A DNA stretch of 64,000 nt from Thiothrix sp. (GTDB lineage: Bacteria; Pseudomonadota; Gammaproteobacteria; Poriferisulfidales; GCA-002705445). The stretch is taken from contig JAYQIN010000002.1 in assembly GCA_038141665.1 (NCBI GenBank), positions 208,263 through 272,262 of the forward strand. Direction: 5' to 3'. Below the pieces are notes generated by a model. The model had not been told where the DNA came from. It saw nothing but the letters and a program-made list of their open reading frames with translations, and did not search any database. Shown piece by piece: positions 50,526 to 60,620 of this stretch; position 1 is the stretch's first letter, and the number at the start of each line of letters is the position of its first letter. Position numbers and translations under genes: made by a program.

Positions 50526-51188
50526 TTAATTATTTATACTAAATCTTAAAGTGTATTTCAGCAAATAAGGCATTATAGGTAAAATAAAAACAAGAAATGC
50601 AAGTAGAATGTAAATTTGCATTTCATAAGAAAGGCCTATAGAAACCGAATCAATAGCACTGGCAGAAAATATTAAAACGGGTATATAAAAAGGTAATATA
50701 ATAATTGGTGCTAATATATTATTTTTTGATAGACCTATAGTTAATGCACTTCCAAAAATACCTATAGATATTAAAATTGGTGTCCCTATAAATAAAGTAA
50801 TAAAAATAACAAAAGCGCTGTTAAAAGGTATATCAAATAATATTGATAATAATGGAATGAAAATAATTATTGGCAAACATGTGAAAATCCAACAAGCAAT
50901 AATTTTAAAGAAAAAAACAAGCTCAACGGATGCATCAGACGTTAAATATATTTCAATTATTCCATTATTAAAGTCATCTTTAAAAAAATTATTTGAGGAC
51001 ATCAGCGTAGTTAAAATTGTGGTAATCCATATTATTCCAGGAATTATTTTTTCTAATAATTTTTTTTCTGGACCTAAAACTAAAGGAAATATGGATATAA
51101 TTAAAAAAAATAAAACCAATGGAAGAAATATACTATTCAAATTTCTAAAATATATGCTTAATTCTTTTTGTATTATAATTTTTAACAT
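50526..51188 (-). CDS. ccmB: Heme exporter protein CcmB
   Basis: 220 aa 6-TM permease lying between ccmA and ccmC. Confidence 0.75.
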   Translation of the reverse strand: MLKIIIQKELSIYFRNLNSIFLPLVLFFLIISIFPLVLGPEKKLLEKIIPGIIWITTILTTLMSSNNFFKDDFNNGIIEIYLTSDASVELVFFFKIIACWIFTCLPIIIFIPLLSILFDIPFNSAFVIFITLFIGTPILISIGIFGSALTIGLSKNNILAPIIILPFYIPVLIFSASAIDSVSIGLSYEMQIYILLAFLVFILPIMPYLLKYTLRFSINN

Positions 51189-51198
51189 GTTTTAAAAT

Positions 51199-51840
51199 CT
51201 ACATTTCCAAATGCTTAACATTACTAATTTTTTTTGAAATATCATAATGTGATGACAATATTGAAATTCCATTATTCTTTTGATTTTCTACAATGAGTTT
51301 AATAAATATTTCTATCGAAAAATTATCTAAATTACTCAAAGGCTCGTCTAAGATCCAAATTTTTTTATCTGATATAATTAATCGTGCTAGTGATGTCTTT
51401 TTTTTATTGCCTTCTGAAAGATCTGAAACAAAATAATCTTTATATTTTTGGATATCAAAGTAATTCATTGCTTTTTCTATCCTGCTGTCATCTTTTATTT
51501 CAGAAGATGAGTCAAGCGCCATAAGATAGACAAGATTCTCATGAACTGTCATATCACTATTTAAACTATCTTTGTGACCAATATATATTATATTCCCTAC
51601 AAAATCGCTATCCCGGTGGCTAATATCTATATTGTTTAGCAAAATAGCTCCTGATTCTAAATTCTGAATACCGCTAATTGATTTAATTAACGTTGTTTTA
51701 CCAGAGCCATTTGCACCGGATATTAGTGCAACATCGCCATTTTTCAATGATAGATTTATATTATTAAAAATAGCAACATTGTTCTTATAACAAGTAGCTG
51801 AATTAACTGAAATTTCCATGTTATTCAAGATATTATCCAC
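51199..51840 (-). CDS. ccmA: Heme exporter ATP-binding protein CcmA
   Basis: ABC ATPase with GANGSGKTT, LSEGNKKK and ILDEP; first gene of the ccm cluster. Confidence 0.85.
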   Translation of the reverse strand: MDNILNNMEISVNSATCYKNNVAIFNNINLSLKNGDVALISGANGSGKTTLIKSISGIQNLESGAILLNNIDISHRDSDFVGNIIYIGHKDSLNSDMTVHENLVYLMALDSSSEIKDDSRIEKAMNYFDIQKYKDYFVSDLSEGNKKKTSLARLIISDKKIWILDEPLSNLDNFSIEIFIKLIVENQKNNGISILSSHYDISKKISNVKHLEM

Positions 51841-51963
51841 ATATTAGGTTTTATAAGCTAAATTCTATCATATGATAAGGTCTATATAAATTGTACTTGT
51901 AGGAACAATTTTTAAAATAATAATGTAAAATAGCCTGCCTATAAATGGCTAAAAACTAAATCA
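51841..51963. promoter_or_regulatory. Divergent promoter region between ccmA (-) and mfd (+)
   Basis: 123 bp AT-rich gap between divergent start codons. Confidence 0.3.
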
Positions 51964-54900
51964 ATGAGTGAAAAGGAATTAAAAAATAGACTGAATAATT
52001 TTTTTGATAATACCACATCAAAAAAACTAGACGGATTGAGTTATTCATCAGACTCATTTTTTTTTGACAAAAATAAATTAGGCAAAAATCTTATAATTGT
52101 AAGAGATAATTACGAGGCAGAAAGGTTATATAAAGAATTAAATTTTTTATCAAAGTTTAAAGAGAGAGAGATAATTCTTATTCCAGGAACAGAAGAGATG
52201 CCATATGATATGGTTGATTCAGATAAATTTCTAAGCTCAAGCAAGAATTATAATTTAATTAAGTATCTTAATAGTGATTCTAAGGATATTACAGTTATTA
52301 CAACTATAAAAAATTTCAAAAAAAAAATAATACACAAAGAAATACTTAAAGAAAATACAATAATAATAAAAAAAACTAATTCAATAAACATCCAAGAAAT
52401 AAAAAAAAAATTAACAAATATTGGATATACAAATAGTCCGCAAGTGAACTTTAGTGGAGAATTTTCAATAAGAGGATCAATAATAGATATATTTCCTGGT
52501 GGATACAATTTACCAATAAGGATAGATTTAGATGATATTAATATTGAAACAATAAAATTTTTTAATGTTGAAAATCAAATTACTTTTGAAAATGCAGAGG
52601 ATTCTTGTTTATATATAGCCCCCATGAATAATATAGTATTCAATGAAGAAAATATTATTAACTTTAGAAAAAAATTTAGAGAAATATTTCCTGGAAATCC
52701 AAATAATAATGAAATTTATTCAAGTGTTAGTAACAATATTATACCGCAGGGTATTAATAATTTTTTCCCTCTATTCTATAAAGATACCTCTTTTTTGCTA
52801 GATTATTTTCACGATATTAATAATATTTATATATATGATGATATATTCGCTAGAATTTCTGACTATAACGACGATATTGAAAAAAGATTTTTTGAAAATT
52901 CTGGTAATAATGAAAATTTTTTGAATCCCGACTTTCTATTTTTCAAGAATGAATTTTTATTGGAAGAGATAAATAAAAAAAAACCTTATGAAATTAATAA
53001 AAATAAATTACTTGATGAAGATTCATATAACTTTAATATCTCTGCAGTTCCAGATATATCCTTCAAACCATATTTAGATATGCCAATTAACGATTTGCTT
53101 AATTATATAAGTAATATGTCATGTGTGATTTTATGTTGTGATGAAGAAAAAAAGATAACACAATATACTGATATTTTTAAAACCCACAATCTAAGATATG
53201 AAATTATTGAAAATATTTCTGATGTGCCATATGGAGAGAATAAATTATATATTATTCATGGTTTTATAAATGACTCATTTAAAATAGATGAATTGAAAAT
53301 ATCGCTGATTAACAGTGAAAATATTGTAAAGAATAAAATTAAGCAACAAAGTAGTAAAAAATCTTCTAAATCTACTTTTTTCATCGATCAGTTAAAAAAT
53401 CTAGAAATCGGCTCACCAGTAGTTCATGAAATTCATGGTGTTGGAAGATACGGCGGACTAAAATATCTTGATACGAATGGTCTATCTAATGAATATTTAA
53501 CGATACATTATGAAGATAATGATAAGCTATATGTTCCAGTTTCGACGCTACATCTTGTAAACAAATACAATACGGTTGAAAATGAGACTGCTCCTCTTCA
53601 TAAGCTTGGTGGTTTTTCTTGGAGCAATGCAAAGAAAAAAGCAACAAAAAAAGCCTATGATATCGCCGCAGAACTTTTGGAAATAAATGCAAAGAGAGCA
53701 GCTAAAAAAACTAGTAGATACAATATCGATGATTTTGAATATGAGCAATTTTCAAATGAATTTATTTATGAGGAAACTGAAGATCAAGTAAAAGCAATAG
53801 ATGATGTCATAAAAGATTTAACATCTGAAAAGATTATGGACAGATTGGTATGTGGTGATGTTGGTTTTGGAAAAACTGAAATCGCACTTCGAGCTGCTTT
53901 TGTATGCGCATCAAATTTTAAGCAAGTAGTTATATTAACACCAACTACACTTCTTGCAGAACAACACGAGAAAACATTTGTTGAGAGATTTAAAAATTGG
54001 CCATTCAATATTAAATGCTTATCAAGATTTAAATCAAAAAAAGATCAAAATCACATTATTTCAGAAATAAAATCTGGTAAATGCAATATTATTATTGGTA
54101 CACATAGAGCCATTCAAAAAGATATAAATTATAAATCACTAGGTCTGTTAATAATTGATGAAGAGCAAAAATTTGGTGTTAAACATAAAGAATTTTTAAA
54201 AAAAATAAGAGATGAAGTAAATGTTTTGACTTTGACAGCAACACCAATTCCTAGGACCTTAAATATGTCATTAGGCGGTCTCAAAGATCTTAGTATTATT
54301 GCGACATCTCCCGAAAATAGAATGCCTATCAAAACTTATGTAACAGATTGGAAAAAATCAGTTATTAGAGATGCTTTAGTAAGAGAAATTAATCGTGGTG
54401 GACAAATATTTTTTTTACATAATCGGATAAATGATATAAATTTAATATATAATGAGCTTCAGGATATTCTTCCATCGTGTTCTATAAAAATTGCACATGC
54501 ACAAATGAGTTCATCGCAATTAGAAAAAATTATCTTGGAATTTTATAATAAAAAATTTAATGTCCTGCTTTCCACAACAATTATAGAAAATGGTATTGAT
54601 GTGGCAAATGCTAATACAATTATTATAAATAGAGCAGATAAATTTGGTTTATCACAACTTCATCAAATAAGAGGAAGAGTTGGCAGAAGCAGCAGACAAG
54701 CTTATTGCTATTTATTAGTCCAAGATCGAAACTATATTACAGATAATGCTAAAAAAAGATTATTGGCACTCGAAAATATGGAAGACTTAGGATCTGGCTT
54801 TTCAATAGCGTCGAGAGATCTTGAGATAAGGGGTGCTGGAGCACTATTAGGAGAATCACAAAGTGGAGAAATACAAGAGATAGGCTTTTCTCTCTACAAT

Positions 54901-55404
54901 AGGATACTAAGTAAAGCGATATCATCATTAAAATCAGGCAAGATACCAAATTTTGATAATGCTTTAGATACTGTGACAGAAATAGATATTAATGAAATAG
55001 CTATTATACCAAGCGAATATATAGATGACGTTAATCAAAGACTAATAATGTATAAAAAAATAGCAAATACTGAAAACCCCGATGAGTTAGATAATATAAC
55101 AATAGAACTAATAAATAGGTTTGGTAATTTACCAATTGAAGTCAAAAATCTTATCGACATAACAAAGATGAAAATAAAGTATTCAGATATAGGGATAAAA
55201 AGGTTGTTAATAAACAAAAATTCGCTAAAGATATCATTTCAAAAAAATGCAAATATCAATCATGAAAAACTAATAAATTTTATCAATAGTAGTCAGAATA
55301 ATGTATCATTTACCAAAGATGAAACATTAGTGTATAAAAGAGAATTTAACGATATAAGAGAGAAAAAAATTATAATTGCAGACATAATTGGTAAATTAAC
55401 ATGA
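51964..55404 (+). CDS. mfd: Transcription-repair coupling factor
   Basis: 1146 aa with a UvrB-like N-terminal region, an RNAP-interaction domain, a superfamily-2 helicase core (GDVGFGKTE, DEEQKFGV, QLHQIRGRVGRS) and a TRCF C-terminal domain. Confidence 0.95.
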   Translation: MSEKELKNRLNNFFDNTTSKKLDGLSYSSDSFFFDKNKLGKNLIIVRDNYEAERLYKELNFLSKFKEREIILIPGTEEMPYDMVDSDKFLSSSKNYNLIKYLNSDSKDITVITTIKNFKKKIIHKEILKENTIIIKKTNSINIQEIKKKLTNIGYTNSPQVNFSGEFSIRGSIIDIFPGGYNLPIRIDLDDINIETIKFFNVENQITFENAEDSCLYIAPMNNIVFNEENIINFRKKFREIFPGNPNNNEIYSSVSNNIIPQGINNFFPLFYKDTSFLLDYFHDINNIYIYDDIFARISDYNDDIEKRFFENSGNNENFLNPDFLFFKNEFLLEEINKKKPYEINKNKLLDEDSYNFNISAVPDISFKPYLDMPINDLLNYISNMSCVILCCDEEKKITQYTDIFKTHNLRYEIIENISDVPYGENKLYIIHGFINDSFKIDELKISLINSENIVKNKIKQQSSKKSSKSTFFIDQLKNLEIGSPVVHEIHGVGRYGGLKYLDTNGLSNEYLTIHYEDNDKLYVPVSTLHLVNKYNTVENETAPLHKLGGFSWSNAKKKATKKAYDIAAELLEINAKRAAKKTSRYNIDDFEYEQFSNEFIYEETEDQVKAIDDVIKDLTSEKIMDRLVCGDVGFGKTEIALRAAFVCASNFKQVVILTPTTLLAEQHEKTFVERFKNWPFNIKCLSRFKSKKDQNHIISEIKSGKCNIIIGTHRAIQKDINYKSLGLLIIDEEQKFGVKHKEFLKKIRDEVNVLTLTATPIPRTLNMSLGGLKDLSIIATSPENRMPIKTYVTDWKKSVIRDALVREINRGGQIFFLHNRINDINLIYNELQDILPSCSIKIAHAQMSSSQLEKIILEFYNKKFNVLLSTTIIENGIDVANANTIIINRADKFGLSQLHQIRGRVGRSSRQAYCYLLVQDRNYITDNAKKRLLALENMEDLGSGFSIASRDLEIRGAGALLGESQSGEIQEIGFSLYNRILSKAISSLKSGKIPNFDNALDTVTEIDINEIAIIPSEYIDDVNQRLIMYKKIANTENPDELDNITIELINRFGNLPIEVKNLIDITKMKIKYSDIGIKRLLINKNSLKISFQKNANINHEKLINFINSSQNNVSFTKDETLVYKREFNDIREKKIIIADIIGKLT

Positions 55405-56081
55405 TATCTATCCTAAAAAAAATATTTATTTTTGTTGTATTTTTTTCATCAACATTAAATGCCGAAGAAAATTTTAATAATAATCAGGACCTTTATCAAG
55501 TTAAGGTTATTTTAATTTCTCATAATGATTTAAATTTTATAGAATATGATGATAGCCATATTAGCGACAAGTATAATGAATTAAATTCAGTAAAAATAGA
55601 AAACAATAATTGCATCATTAATTCAGAGAATATTTGTATAAAGTACGAAGACGATTATAAGTTAGAAACTTTCAATGATCATAAGATAAATCTAACTAAA
55701 GATAAAAATATAAAAGTGATTTCTCATTTGGAGTGGCTTCAAGATATTAATAATGCAAATTATATAAAAATTAAAGATGGATATGATTATAGTAATGAAA
55801 TTTTTGACAATAATCTTGATGTAGATGATTTCGATATACTGGGATCTGGAATGATCACAAAATACGAAGGTTTTTTGAAAATTTCAAAAAATAAATTCTT
55901 TACAGTAAATTTAAATATTTATGAGAGAATTAAAATGAAATCAAATAATTTTTTCTCAAGTGACAAATTAGTTGCTAAAAAATACGAAATTTTACAAAAA
56001 ATTAAGCTTAATAAAACTACATATATTGATAGGGATAATTTTGGATTAATTCTAAAAATTGTAAAAATCAATAAAAGCTAA
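55401..56081 (+). CDS. Secreted hypothetical protein
   Basis: 226 aa with a signal peptide (FVVFFSSTLNAEE). The start overlaps the mfd stop (ATGA). No recognisable domain. Confidence 0.45.
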   Translation: MISILKKIFIFVVFFSSTLNAEENFNNNQDLYQVKVILISHNDLNFIEYDDSHISDKYNELNSVKIENNNCIINSENICIKYEDDYKLETFNDHKINLTKDKNIKVISHLEWLQDINNANYIKIKDGYDYSNEIFDNNLDVDDFDILGSGMITKYEGFLKISKNKFFTVNLNIYERIKMKSNNFFSSDKLVAKKYEILQKIKLNKTTYIDRDNFGLILKIVKINKS

Positions 56082-56085
56082 ATTT

Positions 56086-57147
56086 TTATTCTCTTATTTC
56101 AACTCTAGTTGGGAATGCTATCTCTGCTTTATTATTTTCAATAATTTCTCCAACCTTCATTAATACATCTTGTTTTATTTCGTGATATTTGACCCATTGA
56201 GTTGTGTTTGCATATGTAATGATAAAAAAATCTATAGAACTATCATTATAACTATCAAAATTAACTATTGTTGTCTGACTTTGATCTATATCTTTATGAG
56301 AGGCTAACATAGATTTTACTTGCTCGACTATAAGAAGCATTTTTGGCATATCCTTATACCTCAAACCTATTACTTCTCTGATTCTTCTATGTGTCATTCT
56401 TGAAGGGTTTTCAACTATGATGTTCATAAATACGGAATTAGGAATATAAATAACATTCTTTCTAAAATTTCTAATAGATGTTTGTCTCCAGCCAATATTT
56501 TCTACGGTTCCCTCAAGCTCTCTGTCTGGAGATCTTATCCAATCGCCTTTCCTAAAGGGTCTGTCTAAATAAATCATTAAGCCCCCAAAAAAGTTTGCCA
56601 ACATATCTTTCGCTGCAAATCCTACTGCTACACCGCCAATACCACCAAAGGCCAAAACACCAGAAATGCTAAAGCCAAATGTTTGAAGAATTATCAAACC
56701 TGAGGTAATAATTATAGATAACCTTACAATCTTTGTAATAGCCTCATATGTTGCTTCATCCACGTCAACAGAATTAATTTCATTATTTTTAATAATAGCT
56801 ACTTGAAAATTTTTTGATAAATTATTTAAGAATAATGCAATAGAAAATATTATTCCTGCTCTTTTCAAGCTAGTTAAAAAATCTTCAGAAATATTTATAA
56901 TTTTAAAGTCGTTATTAAATGCTTCAAGAGTTAAAACTACGCCTAAAATCCAAACTAATATTGTGATAGGTCGATATAAAGAATTTATCACACAATCATC
57001 CCAAACATTATCAGTTTTACTAAATTGTCTTTTTAAAAAATTTAATACAATTCTAGTAATTACGTTTATTATGATTATTATTGATATAATAATAATAAAT
57101 TTCAAAATCCAATGATCTAAGTTATATTGTTGAAGAAAATTTTCCAT
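56086..57147 (-). CDS. Mechanosensitive ion channel (MscS family)
   Basis: 353 aa with 3 N-terminal TM helices, an MscS pore-helix region (GGIGGVAVGFAAKD...FFGG) and a C-terminal beta domain. Confidence 0.8.
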   Translation of the reverse strand: MENFLQQYNLDHWILKFIIIISIIIIINVITRIVLNFLKRQFSKTDNVWDDCVINSLYRPITILVWILGVVLTLEAFNNDFKIINISEDFLTSLKRAGIIFSIALFLNNLSKNFQVAIIKNNEINSVDVDEATYEAITKIVRLSIIITSGLIILQTFGFSISGVLAFGGIGGVAVGFAAKDMLANFFGGLMIYLDRPFRKGDWIRSPDRELEGTVENIGWRQTSIRNFRKNVIYIPNSVFMNIIVENPSRMTHRRIREVIGLRYKDMPKMLLIVEQVKSMLASHKDIDQSQTTIVNFDSYNDSSIDFFIITYANTTQWVKYHEIKQDVLMKVGEIIENNKAEIAFPTRVEIRE

Positions 57148-57151
57148 ATCT

Positions 57152-58189
57152 TTATATATTGATTTCTATTTGTTTTTTTTCTGAAATTCTTTTAATGCTA
57201 TCTATTATTGCAAGTCTTCTTTTATTTTTTTGAAAATTATATTCAATTTTTCTTTTGTTTAATTTTATAAGCTTATTACTTACTTCAGTATCACTTTTAA
57301 TAACTAATTCATCTATAATATTTATAACTTTATTTCTATTGTTACAGATAAATATGCTATCACAGCCTGCTTCTAATGATTTTAATACATTATTCGGTAT
57401 TTCGCCAAATTCATTTAATGCATGCATGCTTAAATCGTCAGAATATATTATTCCATTATACCTAAGCTCATTTCTTAGTATTTTTATCCATTTTTTAGAT
57501 AAAGTAGGAGGCAAATTATCTATATTTTTATACTGCACATGAGACGTCATAACACCATCTATATCTAATTCTATTGCTTTCTTATATGGCACTATATCAT
57601 TTTGAAAAATAGTTTTAATGTCTCTGCTGTCAACAGGCAGCTCAATATGTGAATCTGTTTTTGCGAAACCATGCCCAGGATAATGTTTGCATATACTTGA
57701 TATTCCACTTTCTTTAGCACCTTTTATAAATAGTTCTGATAAAAGTGATACAATATTTGGTTTTTCAGAAAAACACCTACCCTCCATGATGTTACTTCTT
57801 TTAAAATTTATATCCAATACAGGCGACGTATTTACATCTATTCCGATACTAACAAGTTCATAACCTATTAACCAACCTAGTTCCTTGGAAAGTAAGATAG
57901 ATTCGTCAGGGTCAATCTCATATTTTTTTCCAAGTAGTTCGATAGATGGTAATAATGACATGCCTTTTTTAAACCTCTGAACCCTGCCACCTTCTTGATC
58001 AACGTAAATTACTAAAGAAGGCGATCTTAAAGATTTAATATCTTTAATAAGATCTCTTATTTGATCAATCGAATTAAAATTCCTTGTAAATAAAATTACT
58101 CCGCCAATATAAGGATGTTTTAATAAATCAATGTCCTCTTTGGTTAACTCGCAACCTTCAATATCAATTATTATTCTTCCTAATTCCAT
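57152..58189 (-). CDS. nagZ: Beta-N-acetylhexosaminidase
   Basis: GH3 N-terminal domain with KHYPGHG and DDLSM motifs; 345 aa. Confidence 0.85.
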   Translation of the reverse strand: MELGRIIIDIEGCELTKEDIDLLKHPYIGGVILFTRNFNSIDQIRDLIKDIKSLRSPSLVIYVDQEGGRVQRFKKGMSLLPSIELLGKKYEIDPDESILLSKELGWLIGYELVSIGIDVNTSPVLDINFKRSNIMEGRCFSEKPNIVSLLSELFIKGAKESGISSICKHYPGHGFAKTDSHIELPVDSRDIKTIFQNDIVPYKKAIELDIDGVMTSHVQYKNIDNLPPTLSKKWIKILRNELRYNGIIYSDDLSMHALNEFGEIPNNVLKSLEAGCDSIFICNNRNKVINIIDELVIKSDTEVSNKLIKLNKRKIEYNFQKNKRRLAIIDSIKRISEKKQIEINI

Positions 58190-58294
58190 AACTACTTTAG
58201 GCTATATAAAATTATTTAATAAGATATTATAGTAATATATAAAATAATAATTTAATATAAGAAAGATTAATTTTAAATTCCAAGGTTTCAAATC

Positions 58295-58684
58295 ATGAGT
58301 AATATTACTGTAAAAGAAATGATTAAAGCTGCAAAAGCGAATATAGTTGAATTATCTGTTGAAGATGTAAAAAATTTTCTTGATTCAGATAACCATATTA
58401 TAATTGATTTAAGAGACACTGCCGAATTAATTGAAAATGGAATTATTCCTGGTTCACATCATTCTTCTAGAGGTCATCTAGAGTTTTTTGCTGACCCGGA
58501 GTGTGAATATTACAAAGATTTTTTTGATAAAAATAAAAATATTATTTTATATTGTCATTCAGGTGCTAGGTCAGCTCTTGCCTCAGAAACACTAAAAAGG
58601 ATGGGTTATAAGAAAGTATCTCACATGAAAGGTGGTTTCAAGCAATGGATGAAAAAAATTGGAATTATTGATGATCATGAATAA
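58295..58684 (+). CDS. Single-domain rhodanese (sulfurtransferase)
   Basis: 129 aa with the active-site loop YCHSGARS. Confidence 0.75.
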   Translation: MSNITVKEMIKAAKANIVELSVEDVKNFLDSDNHIIIDLRDTAELIENGIIPGSHHSSRGHLEFFADPECEYYKDFFDKNKNIILYCHSGARSALASETLKRMGYKKVSHMKGGFKQWMKKIGIIDDHE

Positions 58685-58738
58685 TATTACTTATATATTG
58701 ATATAAGTTAATTCTAAAAATAATTATGGTGTTTCAAA

Positions 58739-58894
58739 TTACTCTTCGGAACTATGTTTTGTATTTTCAACTAATTTCTTGTTAGTCTCTACAATCTGGT
58801 CAAGTTGCTCATTTATAGAGTCTAAGCTTTTACTTATAGAAAATAAAATTAGCATAATAACTATAGTAATTATTGTTAAAATTATGATCATCAT
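58739..58894 (-). CDS. Possible small single-TM protein (51 aa)
   Basis: Uninterrupted [54 protein letters not shown] lying just downstream of tRNA-Ser. A hydrophobic helix is followed by a charged tail. It is below the ORF-track size cutoff and has no other support. Confidence 0.25.
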   Translation of the reverse strand: MMIIILTIITIVIMLILFSISKSLDSINEQLDQIVETNKKLVENTKHSSEE

Positions 58895-58919
58895 CTTTTC
58901 TCCAGTCTTTCTAAATTCG

Positions 58920-59007
<88 letters not shown>

Positions 59008-59100
59008 ATATTAAAAAAGGTCAAATTTATAATTTCGTTTATATTTACAAGTAAGTAATAAAGCGTTAATGTATATTAAATTAATTATGGAGCTTATACT

Positions 59101-59787
59101 ATGAATAATAGCAATACAACTGTAAGAGGACAAGCAAGAACAGTTGCTACCAATAAAGTCCTTAAAAATACATATATTCTTTTATCAATGACGCTACTAT
59201 TTAGTGCATTTGCAGCACTAACAAGCTATATGTTAAATATTTCTGTTGTTAATCCGTTTATTACTCTAGGATTATATTTTGTTGCCCTCTATTTAACAGC
59301 AAAAAATAAAAATAATGCTTCTGGAATTTTCTGGGTTTTTTGTCTTACTGGTATTCTTGGATTTACACTAGGGCCAATATTAAATATATATGTTAACAAT
59401 CTAAGTAATGGAGCTGAAATAGTAGCAACATCATTAATGATGACAGGAATAATATTTTTATCACTGTCTGCCTATGTTAATCTCACAAAAAAAGATTTTA
59501 GCTTTATTGGTGGTTTTGTTACATCTGGGATAATATTAGCTTTTGTTGCAAGTATTATGTTACTAATATCTTCAATGATGGGATATTATTTTCCAATCAT
59601 GATGCTTGGCATTTCAAGCTTATGGGCTCTTTTGATGTGTGGTTTAATTCTGTTCCAAACAAGCGAAATAATTCATGGCGGCGAAGATAACTACGTTATG
59701 GCTACTGTGACTTTGTATATATCAATCTACAATCTGTTCACTAGTTTGTTGCATATATTTGCTTCGTTTATGGGCGGAGATGATTAA
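59101..59787 (+). CDS. Bax inhibitor-1/YccA-family membrane protein
   Basis: 228 aa with 7 TM helices and the BI-1-like N-terminus (RTVATNKVLKNTYILLSMTL). Confidence 0.75.
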   Translation: MNNSNTTVRGQARTVATNKVLKNTYILLSMTLLFSAFAALTSYMLNISVVNPFITLGLYFVALYLTAKNKNNASGIFWVFCLTGILGFTLGPILNIYVNNLSNGAEIVATSLMMTGIIFLSLSAYVNLTKKDFSFIGGFVTSGIILAFVASIMLLISSMMGYYFPIMMLGISSLWALLMCGLILFQTSEIIHGGEDNYVMATVTLYISIYNLFTSLLHIFASFMGGDD

Positions 59788-59826
59788 TAATTAAATAATA
59801 ATAACAAATAACAACAAGGGGAAACT

Positions 59827-60099
59827 ATGCCTAAATTTATAATTGAAAGAGATATAAATGATGCTGGATCTTTAACAACTGACGAACTTCAAGGAATTTC
59901 ACAAAAATCATGCTCGGTATTGAAAAAACTTGGCACTGATATTCAGTGGGTTGAAAGCTATGTAACAAAAGATAAAGTTTATTGTGTTTATATTGCTCCA
60001 AATGAAGAATTAATCAAAGAGCATGCTAAAGAAGGTGGATTTCCTGCAAATAAAATTAGCGCTATAACAAAAACAATAGACCCAACTACATCAGAATAA
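59827..60099 (+). CDS. DUF4242 family small protein
   Basis: 90 aa with MPKFIIERDI, YCVYIAPNEELIKEHAKEGGFPANKI. This matches the DUF4242 pattern MPxFMDxH...FCLxEAPDxEAxxxxHxEAHGLxAD. Confidence 0.5.
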   Translation: MPKFIIERDINDAGSLTTDELQGISQKSCSVLKKLGTDIQWVESYVTKDKVYCVYIAPNEELIKEHAKEGGFPANKISAITKTIDPTTSE

Positions 60100-60106
60100 A
60101 TAAGTC

Positions 60107-60619
60107 CTAATTAATGATGGTTTTAAAAAATGAAGTGAATTCAGAGCTATCCCACTCTTTTTCACCTTCAATCTTGTAAATAATTTTACCGCTTCCATCA
60201 ATTAAAAAAGTTGTTGGTATAGCTTGAATATTCCAGTCTGAAAGCTCCATATTTTCATCTAATAATACGGGAAAATCAATAGATAAGGATTTATCAATAA
60301 AAAACTTTTCAATTACGCCTTTATTTTGTCCAATATTAATAGCTATCATTTTAAAATTACTAGTTTCCTTAAAATGCTCATTGAGGTTGTTTAGGGATGG
60401 TATTTCTTTTACACATGGTGCACACCAAGTAGCCCAGAAATTTATCAGTACAAATGAGTTTGAATAATCTTTTAAATTAATATAATTTCCCTTTAAATCA
60501 GGCAAATTAAAACTTGGATAATTATCTTCTTTTACTTTAGTCATTGGAGAATTTTTAATTTCAGAGCATGAAAATAAAAAAACTAAAACTAGAGGAAATA
60601 AATATAATACTTTTTTCAT
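60107..60619 (-). CDS. TlpA/ResA-like thioredoxin-fold thiol:disulfide oxidoreductase lipoprotein
   Basis: WATWCAPC active site. The likely start is MKKVLYLFPLVLVFLFSC (lipobox) at 60619, whereas the ORF track extends to 60649. Confidence 0.75.
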   Translation of the reverse strand: MKKVLYLFPLVLVFLFSCSEIKNSPMTKVKEDNYPSFNLPDLKGNYINLKDYSNSFVLINFWATWCAPCVKEIPSLNNLNEHFKETSNFKMIAINIGQNKGVIEKFFIDKSLSIDFPVLLDENMELSDWNIQAIPTTFLIDGSGKIIYKIEGEKEWDSSEFTSFFKTIIN

Positions 60620-60620
60620 A

